Of a stretch of DNA of 64,000 nt, positions 49,969 through 60,191 are shown piece after piece. Position numbers and translations under genes: made by a program. Positions within the stretch are counted from its first letter, which is position 1. The number at the start of each line of letters is the position of its first letter. The DNA is from an uncultured Nitrososphaerota archaeon (lineage in GTDB: Archaea > Korarchaeota > Korarchaeia > Korarchaeales > Korarchaeaceae). The notes under the pieces were generated by a model, which was given only the letters and a program-made list of their open reading frames with translations, ran no database searches and was not told the DNA's origin. The stretch spans positions 64,001 through 128,000 of the forward strand of contig CAZUBM010000001.1 of assembly GCA_964618805.1 (NCBI GenBank). Reading direction: 5' to 3'.

Positions 49969-50115
49969 GAATAGCATCTTCTTACAGTTTTTAGCCCAAA
50001 ATTTCTCTGAAGTCCTCCTCTTGGCATACATGCCCAGAGTTCTAGAGTTCCTTGGCACTGATGGAAGGAGATTAGCGCATATCCAAAAATACAGAAGGTT
50101 GATGATGGTGGGAAA

Positions 50116-50283
50116 ATGAGTTTTGCGATAGTAGCAAGAAACTTGACAAAATACCATGGAAATTTGCTAGCTGTGGATCATATCCCCTTTAACGTTAGGG
50201 AGGGGCAGATCTTCGGTTTTTAGGCCCGAATGGAGCTGAAAAACTACAACATCCTGATTGTTGTAGTCTCTCAAAAATAAGCG
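50116..50283 (+). pseudogene. Degenerate 5' fragment paralogous to the ABC ATPase at 51193
   Basis: ARNLTKYHGNLLAVDHIPFNVREGQIFG matches ARNLTKYYGSLLAVDHISFEVREGEIFG, then frameshifts. Confidence 0.8.
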
Positions 50284-50415
50284 CGTGCTCTCCTCCACTC
50301 TCATGAGACCTTCATCTTGGAGATAGTTCGAATCAAAAAAGCGTTCAGGCCTTGTAAGAAGTTTCCAATCCGATTCCTTCTCTTAGACCATGTTCGCATC
50401 AAGAGCCTTCCCCTC

Positions 50416-50742
50416 CTACTCAAAGGAAATGGTTCCATCAACAAGATTTACGACTATCTTTTTTGCCTTAAGCCTCCATACTTTCTCTGGAGCTCCAGGT
50501 CCACTCTCCCTGTAGCTTGCGAGCTCGATTATTCCAATGTCCTTAAGCACAGATAGGTGGTAGTAGAGGGTGGATTTAGGGAAGTGTCTTCCGAAGGTCT
50601 CCTCAAGCCTCTCAGCTATTTCATTTGTGCTCAGTTCCCCGGAAGAGAGTGCCTTTATTATGGCCCATCTCGGCCCGCAGGCTGTGGCTCTTAGGGTCAT
50701 GATTACTTCCTTGAAAGGAAGCCTTTTGCAGCGTCTCATCAA
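50416..50742 (-). CDS. ArsR-like winged-helix transcriptional regulator
   Basis: RWAIIKAL...LSTNEIA...KSTLYYHLSVLKDIGII. Confidence 0.85.
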   Translation of the reverse strand: MMRRCKRLPFKEVIMTLRATACGPRWAIIKALSSGELSTNEIAERLEETFGRHFPKSTLYYHLSVLKDIGIIELASYRESGPGAPEKVWRLKAKKIVVNLVDGTISFE

Positions 50743-50803
50743 GGGATTAGGGTGGGAATATTTATAATTATGTTGAGGATATCACGAATAATTTGGTGAT
50801 ATT

Positions 50804-51211
50804 TTGAAGATAGCAGTACCAAGCGCGGACGATAGGGGCCTAGACTCTGAAGTGGGACGACATTTCGGAAGGGTACCGTATTACACCATAGTGTTAGTTG
50901 AGGATGATGCGATAAAAGAGGTCGAGGTCGTCAGAAATCCCTTCAGCGAGCATCAACCTGGACAAATCCCCAGTTTTCTGAGACAGAAAGGGGTCGGCGT
51001 CATCATAGCCTATGGGGTTGGTTGGAGGGCCAGGGAGTTCTTCAACTCCCTAGGGATAAGTGTGATAACTGGGGCCTATGGGAAAGTTGGAGAGGTTGTA
51101 GAATCCTACATAAGGGGATCTATAAGGACTGATGAATCTTGGGAAGAAGGCCCAGAGTTCCACAGACATAAAATGGGTGAAGGAAGCAGAAAATGCAGAG
51201 ACATTTGGTAA
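50804..51211 (+). CDS. NifB/NifX-family metal-cluster-binding protein
   Basis: MKIAVP, HFGR.PY, NP..H, IIA.G.G.RA...F...GI.V. Confidence 0.9.
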   Translation: MKIAVPSADDRGLDSEVGRHFGRVPYYTIVLVEDDAIKEVEVVRNPFSEHQPGQIPSFLRQKGVGVIIAYGVGWRAREFFNSLGISVITGAYGKVGEVVESYIRGSIRTDESWEEGPEFHRHKMGEGSRKCRDIW

Positions 51212-52149
51212 ACCCGGAAAGAACTGGTCTTGCCGTAGAGGCAAGAAACCTAACGAAGTACTATGGAAGCCTGCTTGCCGTCGATCACATCTCATTTGAA
51301 GTTAGGGAAGGGGAGATATTCGGCTTTCTTGGGCCTAACGGAGCTGGTAAAACCACCACTATCAGGATGTTGTGTGGCCTTTCCAAAATAAGCGATGGAA
51401 CAGCATATGTAAACGGATTTGATGTTATAAAGGAGAAAATAAAGGTAAAAGCGAGCATAGGCGTTGTTCCAGACATATCAAACCTTTATCCCGAACTCAC
51501 ATGTTACGACAACCTCAACTTCTCTGCTGAGATGTACGGAGTTCCAAAGAGTGAAAGAAAGGAAAGAATAATGGATCTTCTTGATTTCTTTGGGCTTATA
51601 GATAAGAAAGATGAGAAATTTGCAAACCTTTCTAAGGGGATGAAGAGGAGGGCAACTATAGCAGCTGCTCTGGTACATGAGCCTGAATTGCTCTTCTTGG
51701 ATGAGCCTACGATAGGGCTTGATGTGATGGGAAGAAGGAAGATGTGGCGTTTGATAGAGCAACTTAACGAAAAAGGCCTTACGATCTTCCTTACAACCCA
51801 TAACATAAATGAGGCATCAAGACTTAGCCACAGACTGGCGATAATAAATAAAGGAAAGATAGTGGCTGAAGGAACTCCCTCAGACCTTAAGAAGCTAATT
51901 CCGGGATCTCAAGTATTAGAGTTGAAGATAACGCCTTTCGAGAATTTCAATGAGGAGATAGCTAGCATGGAAGGTGTAGTAAAAGTTGACTTTTGGAAAG
52001 ATGGCACACTAAGGATAGTGGCAAAGGATGCTGTCGGAGTACTCCAGAAGTTGCTAAGAAGGATTGTTGAAAGGGGCCTTAGCTTAGAACTACTCAGTCT
52101 TAGAGGGGCTGAGATGGAGGAGGTATTTATCAAGCTTTTGGAGGAATGA
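51193..52149 (+). CDS. ABC-2 type exporter ATP-binding protein
   Basis: GPNGAGKT, LSKGMKRR, FLDEPT, TTH. Confidence 0.93.
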   Translation: MQRHLVNPERTGLAVEARNLTKYYGSLLAVDHISFEVREGEIFGFLGPNGAGKTTTIRMLCGLSKISDGTAYVNGFDVIKEKIKVKASIGVVPDISNLYPELTCYDNLNFSAEMYGVPKSERKERIMDLLDFFGLIDKKDEKFANLSKGMKRRATIAAALVHEPELLFLDEPTIGLDVMGRRKMWRLIEQLNEKGLTIFLTTHNINEASRLSHRLAIINKGKIVAEGTPSDLKKLIPGSQVLELKITPFENFNEEIASMEGVVKVDFWKDGTLRIVAKDAVGVLQKLLRRIVERGLSLELLSLRGAEMEEVFIKLLEE

Positions 52150-52880
52150 GATTGATTCAATTCGGGAAGGCCTTCTACATTGCTAAGAAGGACATAAAGG
52201 AGTACTACCTCAAGCCACCTACGATAAGCTGGGGGATCCTTTTCCCTCTGGCCTTTGCCTTGACCTTCATAATAAGGAGCAGGGGAGATATACACGAGCT
52301 TGCGCCTGGACTCATATCCTTAGCCCTCTTCTTCGGAACAACTTCCATGGCCTCAGCCTCAATAGTGTTCGAGAGAAGAATTGGGGCTTTTGAGAGGTTG
52401 TTATTGTATCCGGCTTCCTACCTCGATATAGCTCTTGGAAAAGTTCTTAGCAGCTTCCTCTTCGGAACGATATCTTCTATCGCAACAATATTCTTGCTCA
52501 TTCCCCTGTTAAAGCTCAAGCCCTTAAGTATTCCCCTTCTCATAGCATCTGTTTTTTCTTCTACCTTCCTTTTTGCTTCCTTTGGCGTCCTTCTTGCCTT
52601 CGTCTCGAGGGACCCTTTCATCGCGATGACGATATTCAACTCAGTAAGATTTCCGATGATCTTCTTAAGCGGGATATTTATACCTCTGACTAGGCTCCCT
52701 CCGCCTCTAAGGGCAATATCATTACTTCTTCCTCTCACATATTCTGTTGAGGCGATAAAATACTCAGTTATCGGAACATGCTATCTAATCAACCCATTAA
52801 TTCCCTTTTCCCTAATATTAATCCTAAGCCTGCTTTTCATTTTCATCATTAAGCAGCTTATAGAGAGAAGTATACCCTAG
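52146..52880 (+). CDS. ABC-2 type permease
   Basis: ERR.G.FERLL, FPMIFLSGIF.P, PLTY.VEA; 6 TMs. Confidence 0.9.
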   Translation: MRLIQFGKAFYIAKKDIKEYYLKPPTISWGILFPLAFALTFIIRSRGDIHELAPGLISLALFFGTTSMASASIVFERRIGAFERLLLYPASYLDIALGKVLSSFLFGTISSIATIFLLIPLLKLKPLSIPLLIASVFSSTFLFASFGVLLAFVSRDPFIAMTIFNSVRFPMIFLSGIFIPLTRLPPPLRAISLLLPLTYSVEAIKYSVIGTCYLINPLIPFSLILILSLLFIFIIKQLIERSIP

Positions 52881-52922
52881 CGTTTGAATCCCTTGCAAAA
52901 TAAGGAGATACATGAGCCTTTG

Positions 52923-53525
52923 TTATTCATCATCCTTCTGCTTCCAGCCCAACACTCTTAAGAGGAAAGGCCCTAGCTCTTTCTTAAGGCCCTCTAAGTT
53001 CTTATGGTACTTCTGATTGCTTAGAGGCTCACACTGAGAAAGTCTTGCATCTCCCTGAAGGACGCTTACAGCAAAGGCAGAACATACCTGAAAGCCGCAC
53101 TTACCGCAGTTGATCTTTGGAAGATAATTGTATATTTTCATCCATGAGATCTCTCTTGCTGCCTGTATCTCTCTCTTGCTAGGCTTCCCAAACCTCAGGT
53201 AATCTTTGTATGCCAAATTTATGATGTTCTTTATCTCATCTAATATCTCTTGGGCCTCTTTAATGTCCTTTGTGTTTGTTACTGCAACCTTGCCAGATGG
53301 ATGGAGCGTGATCATCCTGTTAAACACGTTAAGAGTTAACGTGTTTTCAGGTTCGTTATAAGAGATCTTTCCTGGAGGAAACTTTAGGAAAATAATCGGA
53401 ATTACTTCTCCAATCTCTCTATCTGCTTGTGCAGTGAACCTTATGTATCCAGGGGTCGTTATACAAGGCAAGACCTCCTTTATTTCAAATCTCTTAATAA
53501 GCTCTTGATTGGCCATATTTCTCAC
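52923..53525 (-). CDS. Putative Fe-S-binding protein
   Basis: N-terminal LPC, RMITLHPSGK; C-terminal YLPKINCGKCG..CSAFA....C.PL (putative Fe-S domain). Confidence 0.8.
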   Translation of the reverse strand: MRNMANQELIKRFEIKEVLPCITTPGYIRFTAQADREIGEVIPIIFLKFPPGKISYNEPENTLTLNVFNRMITLHPSGKVAVTNTKDIKEAQEILDEIKNIINLAYKDYLRFGKPSKREIQAAREISWMKIYNYLPKINCGKCGFQVCSAFAVSVLQGDARLSQCEPLSNQKYHKNLEGLKKELGPFLLRVLGWKQKDDE

Positions 53526-53530
53526 CTTAA

Positions 53531-54127
53531 ATGGGGAGATGTAACCAAGAGAAAACCCCTATCATCTTAAGGGCCATGTATATCATGACGGCTATGATGA
53601 TGATAGCGGTGGAGGGGGTTGCGGTTAGCAGGGTTGCGGTTACAAAAAGGCTGAGAAACATGACGAATAGAGGTCTTCTCAAGGTAGGAGCGATGATAAA
53701 TCCCAACAAATTGGATTTTAAAGTGCTTTTCATAAGCATAGGAGTTGCAAATTACGAAGATCTGCAGAAGCTAGTTGAAATTTACAAGAATTGTCCAAGG
53801 ATAATTTCCTTGATCCATGCCGCAGGAGGATATAATCTTCTAGCTCTAATGTATGCTGAGGATGAGAGGACGCTAATGAGCATCCTAAGCGGTTGCTCAA
53901 TAAGGACTAGAAAAGAGGTTAGAAGGTCTGAAGTAAGCGTTGGCCGCTTTATATACCCTAAATACCTTCCAATTACCCTGTCCTCTGGAGGGGAGGACGA
54001 AGTTACTCCATGTGGACTTTCATGCGATAAGTGTGAGAGATATAATGCGGAAGAGTGCATTGGATGTCCGAGTACAAGATTCTACAGGCCCATCTGGCTT
54101 CGATCTAGGAAAAAGGAAAGGGTATAG
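53531..54127 (+). CDS. Lrp/AsnC-family regulator with Cys-rich C-terminus (N-terminal HTH looks damaged)
   Basis: S.VAV.KRL..M...G, CPRI, GGYNL, PCG..C.KC..Y....C.GCP; a local 12-bp duplication gggttgcggtta in the HTH region. Confidence 0.7.
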   Translation: MGRCNQEKTPIILRAMYIMTAMMMIAVEGVAVSRVAVTKRLRNMTNRGLLKVGAMINPNKLDFKVLFISIGVANYEDLQKLVEIYKNCPRIISLIHAAGGYNLLALMYAEDERTLMSILSGCSIRTRKEVRRSEVSVGRFIYPKYLPITLSSGGEDEVTPCGLSCDKCERYNAEECIGCPSTRFYRPIWLRSRKKERV

Positions 54128-54152
54128 GTATTTTCCCTTTATGAACTCATTT

Positions 54153-55523
54153 TCATTTTGCTATTATCGTCATGCCCTCAACGACTACCTTTGGTGCCAC
54201 AAAGTTCCCTACCTGCCTTGCCTCCTTTCCCATGAGGATTATCTTCTTTAACATTTCATATGCGTTTCCTGCCATCATCACTCCCTTAACGGCGTGAGTT
54301 ATCCTTCCTTCCTTTATCCTGAAAGCTGGAGCTAGAGCGACTGAAAACTCACCTGTCTCAGGATTCGATTGATGGGCTCCTTGAACCTCCCTTATGTAAT
54401 ACCCATCCTTTACTTCTGAAATGAGTTCCTCCTCCGAGGCATCCCCAGGCTCGACTACGATGTTCGTTGGATTTATCGAGGGAACTGTGCCGTACTTCGG
54501 CAGGCCGAGCCCGCCTCCTCCTCTCCCTGCATTTCCAGTGCTCTCCTTACCAACAAGCCTAGCCCAGTAGTTATCGTAGATGAAACCTGAAAGAACTCCT
54601 CTCTCAATTATCGGAGTCCTCTGACAAGGAACCCCTTCCAAATCTGCCTTTGCTGAATAAAGTCCTCCAGGAAGAGTTCCATCGTCGTATATGCTCAGGA
54701 TCTCCGAAGCAACCTTCTCTCCAACCTTATTCTTGTAGGCGCTCTTCCCCCTGTAAACGTTGTCTCCCTTTATGGCCTCAACGAAAGTGTAGGTAAGGAT
54801 GCTCTGCAGAGCAAATGGGTCCAATAGAACTCTGAACTTACCTGGTTCCGCAGGTCCGACGTTCGTAGACTTAACCGCAAGGCTTCCCGCCTCTCTTCCC
54901 ACCCACTCCGGGTCTATCTCGTACTTCCTCTTGGCAAGGAATTCGTAACACATTGGAGATACTTGAGTTTCTGACCTCGCCATTGCAGCCATGTAAGTTG
55001 CTATTCCAGTTCCCTTATCGTATACCTCCACACCATGACTGTTAGCACAGGCTAGCTCTAGCACGTAGATTTGAGTCCCTCCAAATGCCGGTAATACATT
55101 TGGACCTATGCCAAATGTTGCTTCAATTGCCCTTTGAGATAGTTCTACCGTAGTATCAGATGTAAGTTCCTCGATCCTCTTGTCATAAGTCTCTTGAACA
55201 ACAGGATATGCTTTAGGAGAGGGCAATGACCTCCAATTCTTGTCCTTTGGGCTCGATTTTGCAGCCTTTAAGGCCCTATTAGCCATCTCCTTTGCGCTTT
55301 CTTCGGTTAGAACGTTTGTAAATGCAAATCCTATTCTTCCATTCAATATCACCCTTACAGCTATGCCAACATCGGCTATGTCGCTACAGCTCTTTATCTG
55401 TCCTCTTTCAACCTCAGTTCCAACGGACCTTTCGCCTAAAACAAGTGCCTCTGCTTCAGAGGCGCCTAACTTCATCGCTTCCTCAACAGCTTTCTTGCAC
55501 AAATCGAGATAAATAGAGCTCAA
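54153..55523 (-). CDS. pmbA: TldE/PmbA protein
   Basis: G.AVRV...GRIGFA, D.EG.P, STGNAGR, NPETGEFS; no HExxH. Confidence 0.9.
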   Translation of the reverse strand: MSSIYLDLCKKAVEEAMKLGASEAEALVLGERSVGTEVERGQIKSCSDIADVGIAVRVILNGRIGFAFTNVLTEESAKEMANRALKAAKSSPKDKNWRSLPSPKAYPVVQETYDKRIEELTSDTTVELSQRAIEATFGIGPNVLPAFGGTQIYVLELACANSHGVEVYDKGTGIATYMAAMARSETQVSPMCYEFLAKRKYEIDPEWVGREAGSLAVKSTNVGPAEPGKFRVLLDPFALQSILTYTFVEAIKGDNVYRGKSAYKNKVGEKVASEILSIYDDGTLPGGLYSAKADLEGVPCQRTPIIERGVLSGFIYDNYWARLVGKESTGNAGRGGGGLGLPKYGTVPSINPTNIVVEPGDASEEELISEVKDGYYIREVQGAHQSNPETGEFSVALAPAFRIKEGRITHAVKGVMMAGNAYEMLKKIILMGKEARQVGNFVAPKVVVEGMTIIAK

Positions 55524-55524
55524 C

Positions 55525-56928
55525 TTAATATCCCCCTATGGTTATCTCCTTAACCCTTAGATGAGGCCCTCCTGATGATACGAATGCAGACTGGCCCTTT
55601 CCGCATCTTCCACATTCAAGACCGAAGTCCTTTCCGCATGCGTCCACCTTTGCCAGAGTTTCTAGCGTGTTTCCGGATATGCCAAGGTTTCTGACGGGTT
55701 CGCCGAGCTCACCATTTACTATCTCAAAGGCGCTTTGAACCCCAACAGTGAAAGTCCCGTCTAAGTTGGCTTGGCCTCCCCTAAAGGCTTCTAGGTAGTA
55801 TCCAAACTTTATCCCCTCTAGAAGTTCTTCAAAGCTGTAATCTCCCCTTTCAAAGCATGTGTTCCTCATCCTAATTATGGGTGGAACTCTGAAGTCCTGA
55901 GCCCTTGCATTTCCCGTTGGCTCAGCTCCCATCTTAGCAGCAGTCTCCCTGTTGTGCATCAGCCCCATCAAAACACCTTTCTCGATCAAGATCGTCTTCC
56001 TACCCGGCACACCTTCGTCATCGTACTTTATGTATCCAAATCCCTCTTCCATGAGCGCATCATCGTATATCGTTACTACATCGCTTGCTATCTTTTGCCC
56101 AAGCTTCCCCATTATTATACTACCAGCAAGCGTTAAGTCGGCCTCGCAAAGATGTCCAAGAGCCTCATGAGCGAGAACTCCCACTATATCAGTGCCTATT
56201 ACCGCTGGAAACCTCCCTCCTTTTGGGGTCTTTGCCTCTAGCTGCTGAATAACCCTCTTGCTAACCCTATTTGATATCTTTTCAGGGGTTTCAATGTCAA
56301 AAAGCTCGTACCCGTGAGTTCCAAGCTCATCCCTTGCGCTTGCCATTATCCCGTTTCCAACGCCCGTAACCCAGCAGTAGTTCCAGACATAGTCCTTTTT
56401 CTGCTCTATGTAGGTTCCCTCAGTTGTTGCAATTATCTCATTTGTTGAGATGTCTGCATACCTTATTGTAACGCTCTTTATCCTAGGATCATATGCAAAG
56501 GAAAGCCTATCTATCTCAAGCAGGTTGGATAGCTTCTCTGATATTTCGACCTGAGTTGGATCCTTTTTTGCAAGGGAGCCAACCTTGTCCTCGACCGCTT
56601 TAACTTCTGCAAGTCTTACCGGCTCCTTTATGTTCCTACTTGAAGCTCTGGCCATTTTAAATGCTGATTCTGCTGCTCTCTTTAGGTCTTCTTTCTTCAG
56701 AGAGCTTGATACAGAGAAGCCCCAAGCGCCGTTTACTAGGACCCTTATTCCAGCACCCATCTCTTTTGCAGATGTTACCGCCTCAACAAGCCCATCTCTA
56801 GTAGTTATGAGTGTCTTATTCGTTTTTTCTACCCTTATTTCCCCATATTCGGCTCCCTTATTTGTAAGGGAGCTCAAAACCGAGAAAAGAACGTCTTTCA
56901 TTCCATCTCCTCCTGTTCTTAGTTCCAC
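55525..56928 (-). CDS. tldD: TldD metalloprotease
   Basis: GIRVL..GAWGF, HEALGH..EAD, YDDEG, TGNARA, RMRNT, CGKGQ. Confidence 0.93.
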   Translation of the reverse strand: MELRTGGDGMKDVLFSVLSSLTNKGAEYGEIRVEKTNKTLITTRDGLVEAVTSAKEMGAGIRVLVNGAWGFSVSSSLKKEDLKRAAESAFKMARASSRNIKEPVRLAEVKAVEDKVGSLAKKDPTQVEISEKLSNLLEIDRLSFAYDPRIKSVTIRYADISTNEIIATTEGTYIEQKKDYVWNYCWVTGVGNGIMASARDELGTHGYELFDIETPEKISNRVSKRVIQQLEAKTPKGGRFPAVIGTDIVGVLAHEALGHLCEADLTLAGSIIMGKLGQKIASDVVTIYDDALMEEGFGYIKYDDEGVPGRKTILIEKGVLMGLMHNRETAAKMGAEPTGNARAQDFRVPPIIRMRNTCFERGDYSFEELLEGIKFGYYLEAFRGGQANLDGTFTVGVQSAFEIVNGELGEPVRNLGISGNTLETLAKVDACGKDFGLECGRCGKGQSAFVSSGGPHLRVKEITIGGY

Positions 56929-57089
56929 TTGTTAGTCCAATTCAATCTAAATAAGATGACTCACAAGATGAGCCTATTTGACTGTGTTGTAAATTGTAAT
57001 TAGGTTAAGAAACATAAGAAAAATATTTGTAGTAGGAGATTGGCGTCAATTTATCGGTTAAAATACACCTTAGGACATGAAAATCGTAC

Positions 57090-57893
57090 TTATCTGAAAA
57101 GATCCCTCTCTAGGGGTCTTATAAGATCTTTAGCACTCCCATCTCCCTTAGGATAGTCGTATCCGCGTATTATTACGACTGGGATTCCCTCTGACTTGCC
57201 CTTTGCCAGCTCAGCTGCTGCAGCAAGCTCATCTGCAACTGCCATCCTAGTTACCCTTAATGTGTAGCCGAACATGTCAGCTTGACCACGGTAGTCCCTA
57301 AATGGGCTCATTCCGGCGATTCCTACGGCAAAGTCAATGTGTCCTAGCCTCCAAGGTCTTCCCCAAGTATCAGTAATTATTACGGCAGGGCTTTTACCGG
57401 TTAATTCCTTTATCCTGCTCCTTATTTCCCTTGCAGATTTATCAGGATCCTCAGGAAGAAGTGAGACGAAGTCCTCTCCCTCCACGTTAGACCTATCAAC
57501 TCCAGCGTTTGCACAAACGAAGCCGTGCTTGGTCTCCATGATGAGACGACGATCCTTCATCCTAATGATCCTGCTAGTCTCCCTTAGGATTACCTCAACA
57601 AGCCTAGGATCCTTGTTCATGTTCCTTGCTACGTGCTCAGCAAATTCAGATGGAATCACGTCTTTAAGTGAGACGAGCCTTCCTTCAGCCTTTGAGACTA
57701 TTTTTTGTGTTATCACAATCACATCCTCATCCCTTATCTCAATGCCCTGTTCCTCAGCCGCCCTAACTATTATCTGGCCCAGATCATCCCCCGGCTTTAT
57801 AAGCGGAATTCCCTTCAGTCCGATGATGCTAATCATCCCAAATCGATTTAATCCGTTTTTATTAAATTTAGATTTAGAGTCATTCACAGACAA
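57090..57893 (-). CDS. cofE: Coenzyme F420-0:L-glutamate ligase
   Basis: PGDDL, QKIVSKAEG, CANAGVDRSN, LLPEDPD, DTWGRPWR.G, ADELA, DLFR. Confidence 0.93.
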   Translation of the reverse strand: MSVNDSKSKFNKNGLNRFGMISIIGLKGIPLIKPGDDLGQIIVRAAEEQGIEIRDEDVIVITQKIVSKAEGRLVSLKDVIPSEFAEHVARNMNKDPRLVEVILRETSRIIRMKDRRLIMETKHGFVCANAGVDRSNVEGEDFVSLLPEDPDKSAREIRSRIKELTGKSPAVIITDTWGRPWRLGHIDFAVGIAGMSPFRDYRGQADMFGYTLRVTRMAVADELAAAAELAKGKSEGIPVVIIRGYDYPKGDGSAKDLIRPLERDLFR

Positions 57894-58203
57894 ATCCTCA
57901 TAGGGGATTCCTTTCCCTATTTCAACTTCTTCTTAATCATATCATGTGTTAGAGACCTTTTTCTCTTTTTCCCTGTCTTCTAAATTATTATTGCCCTAAT
58001 TGGGATGATTACCCTAATTTCACTTCTAAGCTTAACAGGCAAGCAATCCTCCTAATTTGATACAGATTTTAGGCTTCTCTCATGTAGCCAATCTTTCTAG
58101 AGCTTATGTAAGAGCTGACAATGCTTTCAGCTTCTTTCTTCCTTTAGGAAGAAAAAGAAAACCAAAATAGATTAGATCAAACTAAAATTTAAACAAAAGG
58201 AGA

Positions 58204-58605
58204 TCACAAAATGAGCCTGCTTGACATCATGTCAAAATCCTCATCAGTAAGCTCAAACTCATACTTCAACTTGGCATTCATTACGGCCTCAACGAACCCG
58301 TCAGATGCATCTATCTCCATGTTCAGGAGCTTAGATAACTTGAACAATATTGAGCTCTCAATTATCATCGAACCCTCTCCAAACATTAACTGGAGCGCTT
58401 GATGAAGCAGGCTTGGATTATCCAAAAGGTCTCTATAAGAGACGCCAAGGATCTCTGTTATTGAATCTAATATCTCATCACATACTCCGTCCCTAAATAT
58501 GGTCCTCAGTGATTCCTCTATGGCCTTAGCGAAGAGCCTGCTGAAGTCCTTAGTCAGGGCCAGTTGGTATGTATTCACCGACACCACCTTATGGGTCTCG
58601 ACCAA
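58204..58605 (-). CDS. Hypothetical protein (DUF3227-like)
   Basis: AIEESL..IF, P..L..AL..MFGEG..IIE..I..KL. Confidence 0.55.
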   Translation of the reverse strand: MVETHKVVSVNTYQLALTKDFSRLFAKAIEESLRTIFRDGVCDEILDSITEILGVSYRDLLDNPSLLHQALQLMFGEGSMIIESSILFKLSKLLNMEIDASDGFVEAVMNAKLKYEFELTDEDFDMMSSRLIL

Positions 58606-59237
58606 TCAGTCGATTATTAATTATAATCAATTGATTGTATTTAAGCTTTTGCGTGGAACGGGCTGGAACAGAATGGAAAAGACTTATAGGAAGATGTATA
58701 TCAAGCAGAATTCTCTTTAACTTCTAATTCCCTTTCTAAATTGCTTGTTGATTTTCCATCATGGGAGTACCTTTAAGCTCACACAAAGATGGATCAAAAG
58801 TACCACAGGTGAAGCTTAGGAATACTTTTTAGAGGATCCTATTCGGCCTTTAGCATAAAGTGCAAAAGTTTTTCCTTAACTCTATGATTTTATCGAGCCA
58901 AAATGTTGCATTTCGTATTAAATGATAAAGGATTGACATTTCTAGGTGTTCCATGGTTACGTTGAAACGATAAACCACTATGACCAGTCCGGATAACGCC
59001 TAAGGTATTCTCTTAATTCATAAGTTTTAGAGCTTCCGTACTATGGAGATACATCAAGTAAGCGTGTTGAGATCACTTAAATGAAAAGCTTCAAGTATTC
59101 ACATAATCATGACTCATTTAAAGGAATTTATAGCTAGCTTAGCTTAAAGCGATGGCTAACATTATTGCAAAGCAAAAGCAAAAGAGGGGATTAAGCTGAG
59201 AAGAAAAGAAAAATTCCTTCTTTTTGTTACAACCAAC

Positions 59238-60191
59238 TCATATTAGGACCTCTACTCCAGGAACTCTTGGGAATACCTGAACGTCCTTTATGTGTTTGGC
59301 TCCTACTAGAAACCTTAGAAACCTTTCAACTCCTAACCCAGCACCCGCACTTGGCTTCAACAATCCTCTTTTTGCTATTTCAAGGAAATCCTTATAGCTA
59401 TCAGGGGAAAGACCATCCCCCTTTATCCTTCTCAGAATCCTTTCGTACTCCCACTCCCTCTCCCCTCCCGATAGTCCCTCTCCAAAGCCCTCGGGGTATA
59501 TCAAATCGTAGTTCCTGAAATGGCCCGGTCTTTCAGGATCCTCTCTGTCATAGAACTCCCTATCGTGGTCAATCACCCAGAACGGTTCTTTGTGCTCCCT
59601 GGAAGCAGGCAGTTCCCAATCATCTCCGTACCTTTCTCTTATCTCATGGGTCGTGTATACCTTGAATGGTTTCTTAGGAACCCTTAAATCCCTTTCAAAT
59701 AGTTCTAACTCCTCTTTTCTATCAGTTTTCACTGTTTTTATCGTTTCTATCACTAAATCCTCAACTAAAGACATTATCTGTTCCATAGTCCCATAAGCTA
59801 CCTCGAAGTCCATTTGAGTGAACTCAAAAAGGTGCTTTCCGGTCGAAAACCTTTCTTTCCTCTCCAACCTAACGTTCGGCGACATTATGTAGATCTTGTC
59901 AGCCCCGGTTAGGAGAGCAAGCTGCTTGTGCAACAACATGCTTTGAGTGAGCACAAGCTCCTGATCATAGTACTTTATCCTTGGAACTGCTATTACCCCA
60001 CTTCCTGGATCGGGTGCTAAAGGATCGGTGAATTTTGAAGTTATAACGGGCATTAGCTGGAGGAACCCCCTTGAGGTCATGAAATCATGGATTGCCTTCA
60101 GCATTGTGGTCTGAATCCTGATAAAAGGCAAGAGCAGGCCCGAACTCATCCTTTCTACCACATCCATTACATGAACCTGAGATTTCATCAT
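59238..60191 (-). CDS. asnA: Archaeal asparagine synthetase A (AsnRS catalytic-core paralog)
   Basis: TDPL.PDPG, LTQSMLLHKQ, SPNVRLE, HLFEFTQ.DFE, GEGLSGGERE, AGAGLGVER; no anticodon domain. Confidence 0.9.
   Translation of the reverse strand: MMKSQVHVMDVVERMSSGLLLPFIRIQTTMLKAIHDFMTSRGFLQLMPVITSKFTDPLAPDPGSGVIAVPRIKYYDQELVLTQSMLLHKQLALLTGADKIYIMSPNVRLERKERFSTGKHLFEFTQMDFEVAYGTMEQIMSLVEDLVIETIKTVKTDRKEELELFERDLRVPKKPFKVYTTHEIRERYGDDWELPASREHKEPFWVIDHDREFYDREDPERPGHFRNYDLIYPEGFGEGLSGGEREWEYERILRRIKGDGLSPDSYKDFLEIAKRGLLKPSAGAGLGVERFLRFLVGAKHIKDVQVFPRVPGVEVLI

Noticed and set aside
50804-51211. NifB/NifX domain as evidence of nitrogen fixation
   Set aside because: Standalone members are common in non-diazotrophic archaea, and there is no nifHDK here.
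54153-56928. TldD/E as the leader peptidase of the rSAM system
   Set aside because: It lies over 35 kb away and is widespread in archaea; there is no linkage evidence.
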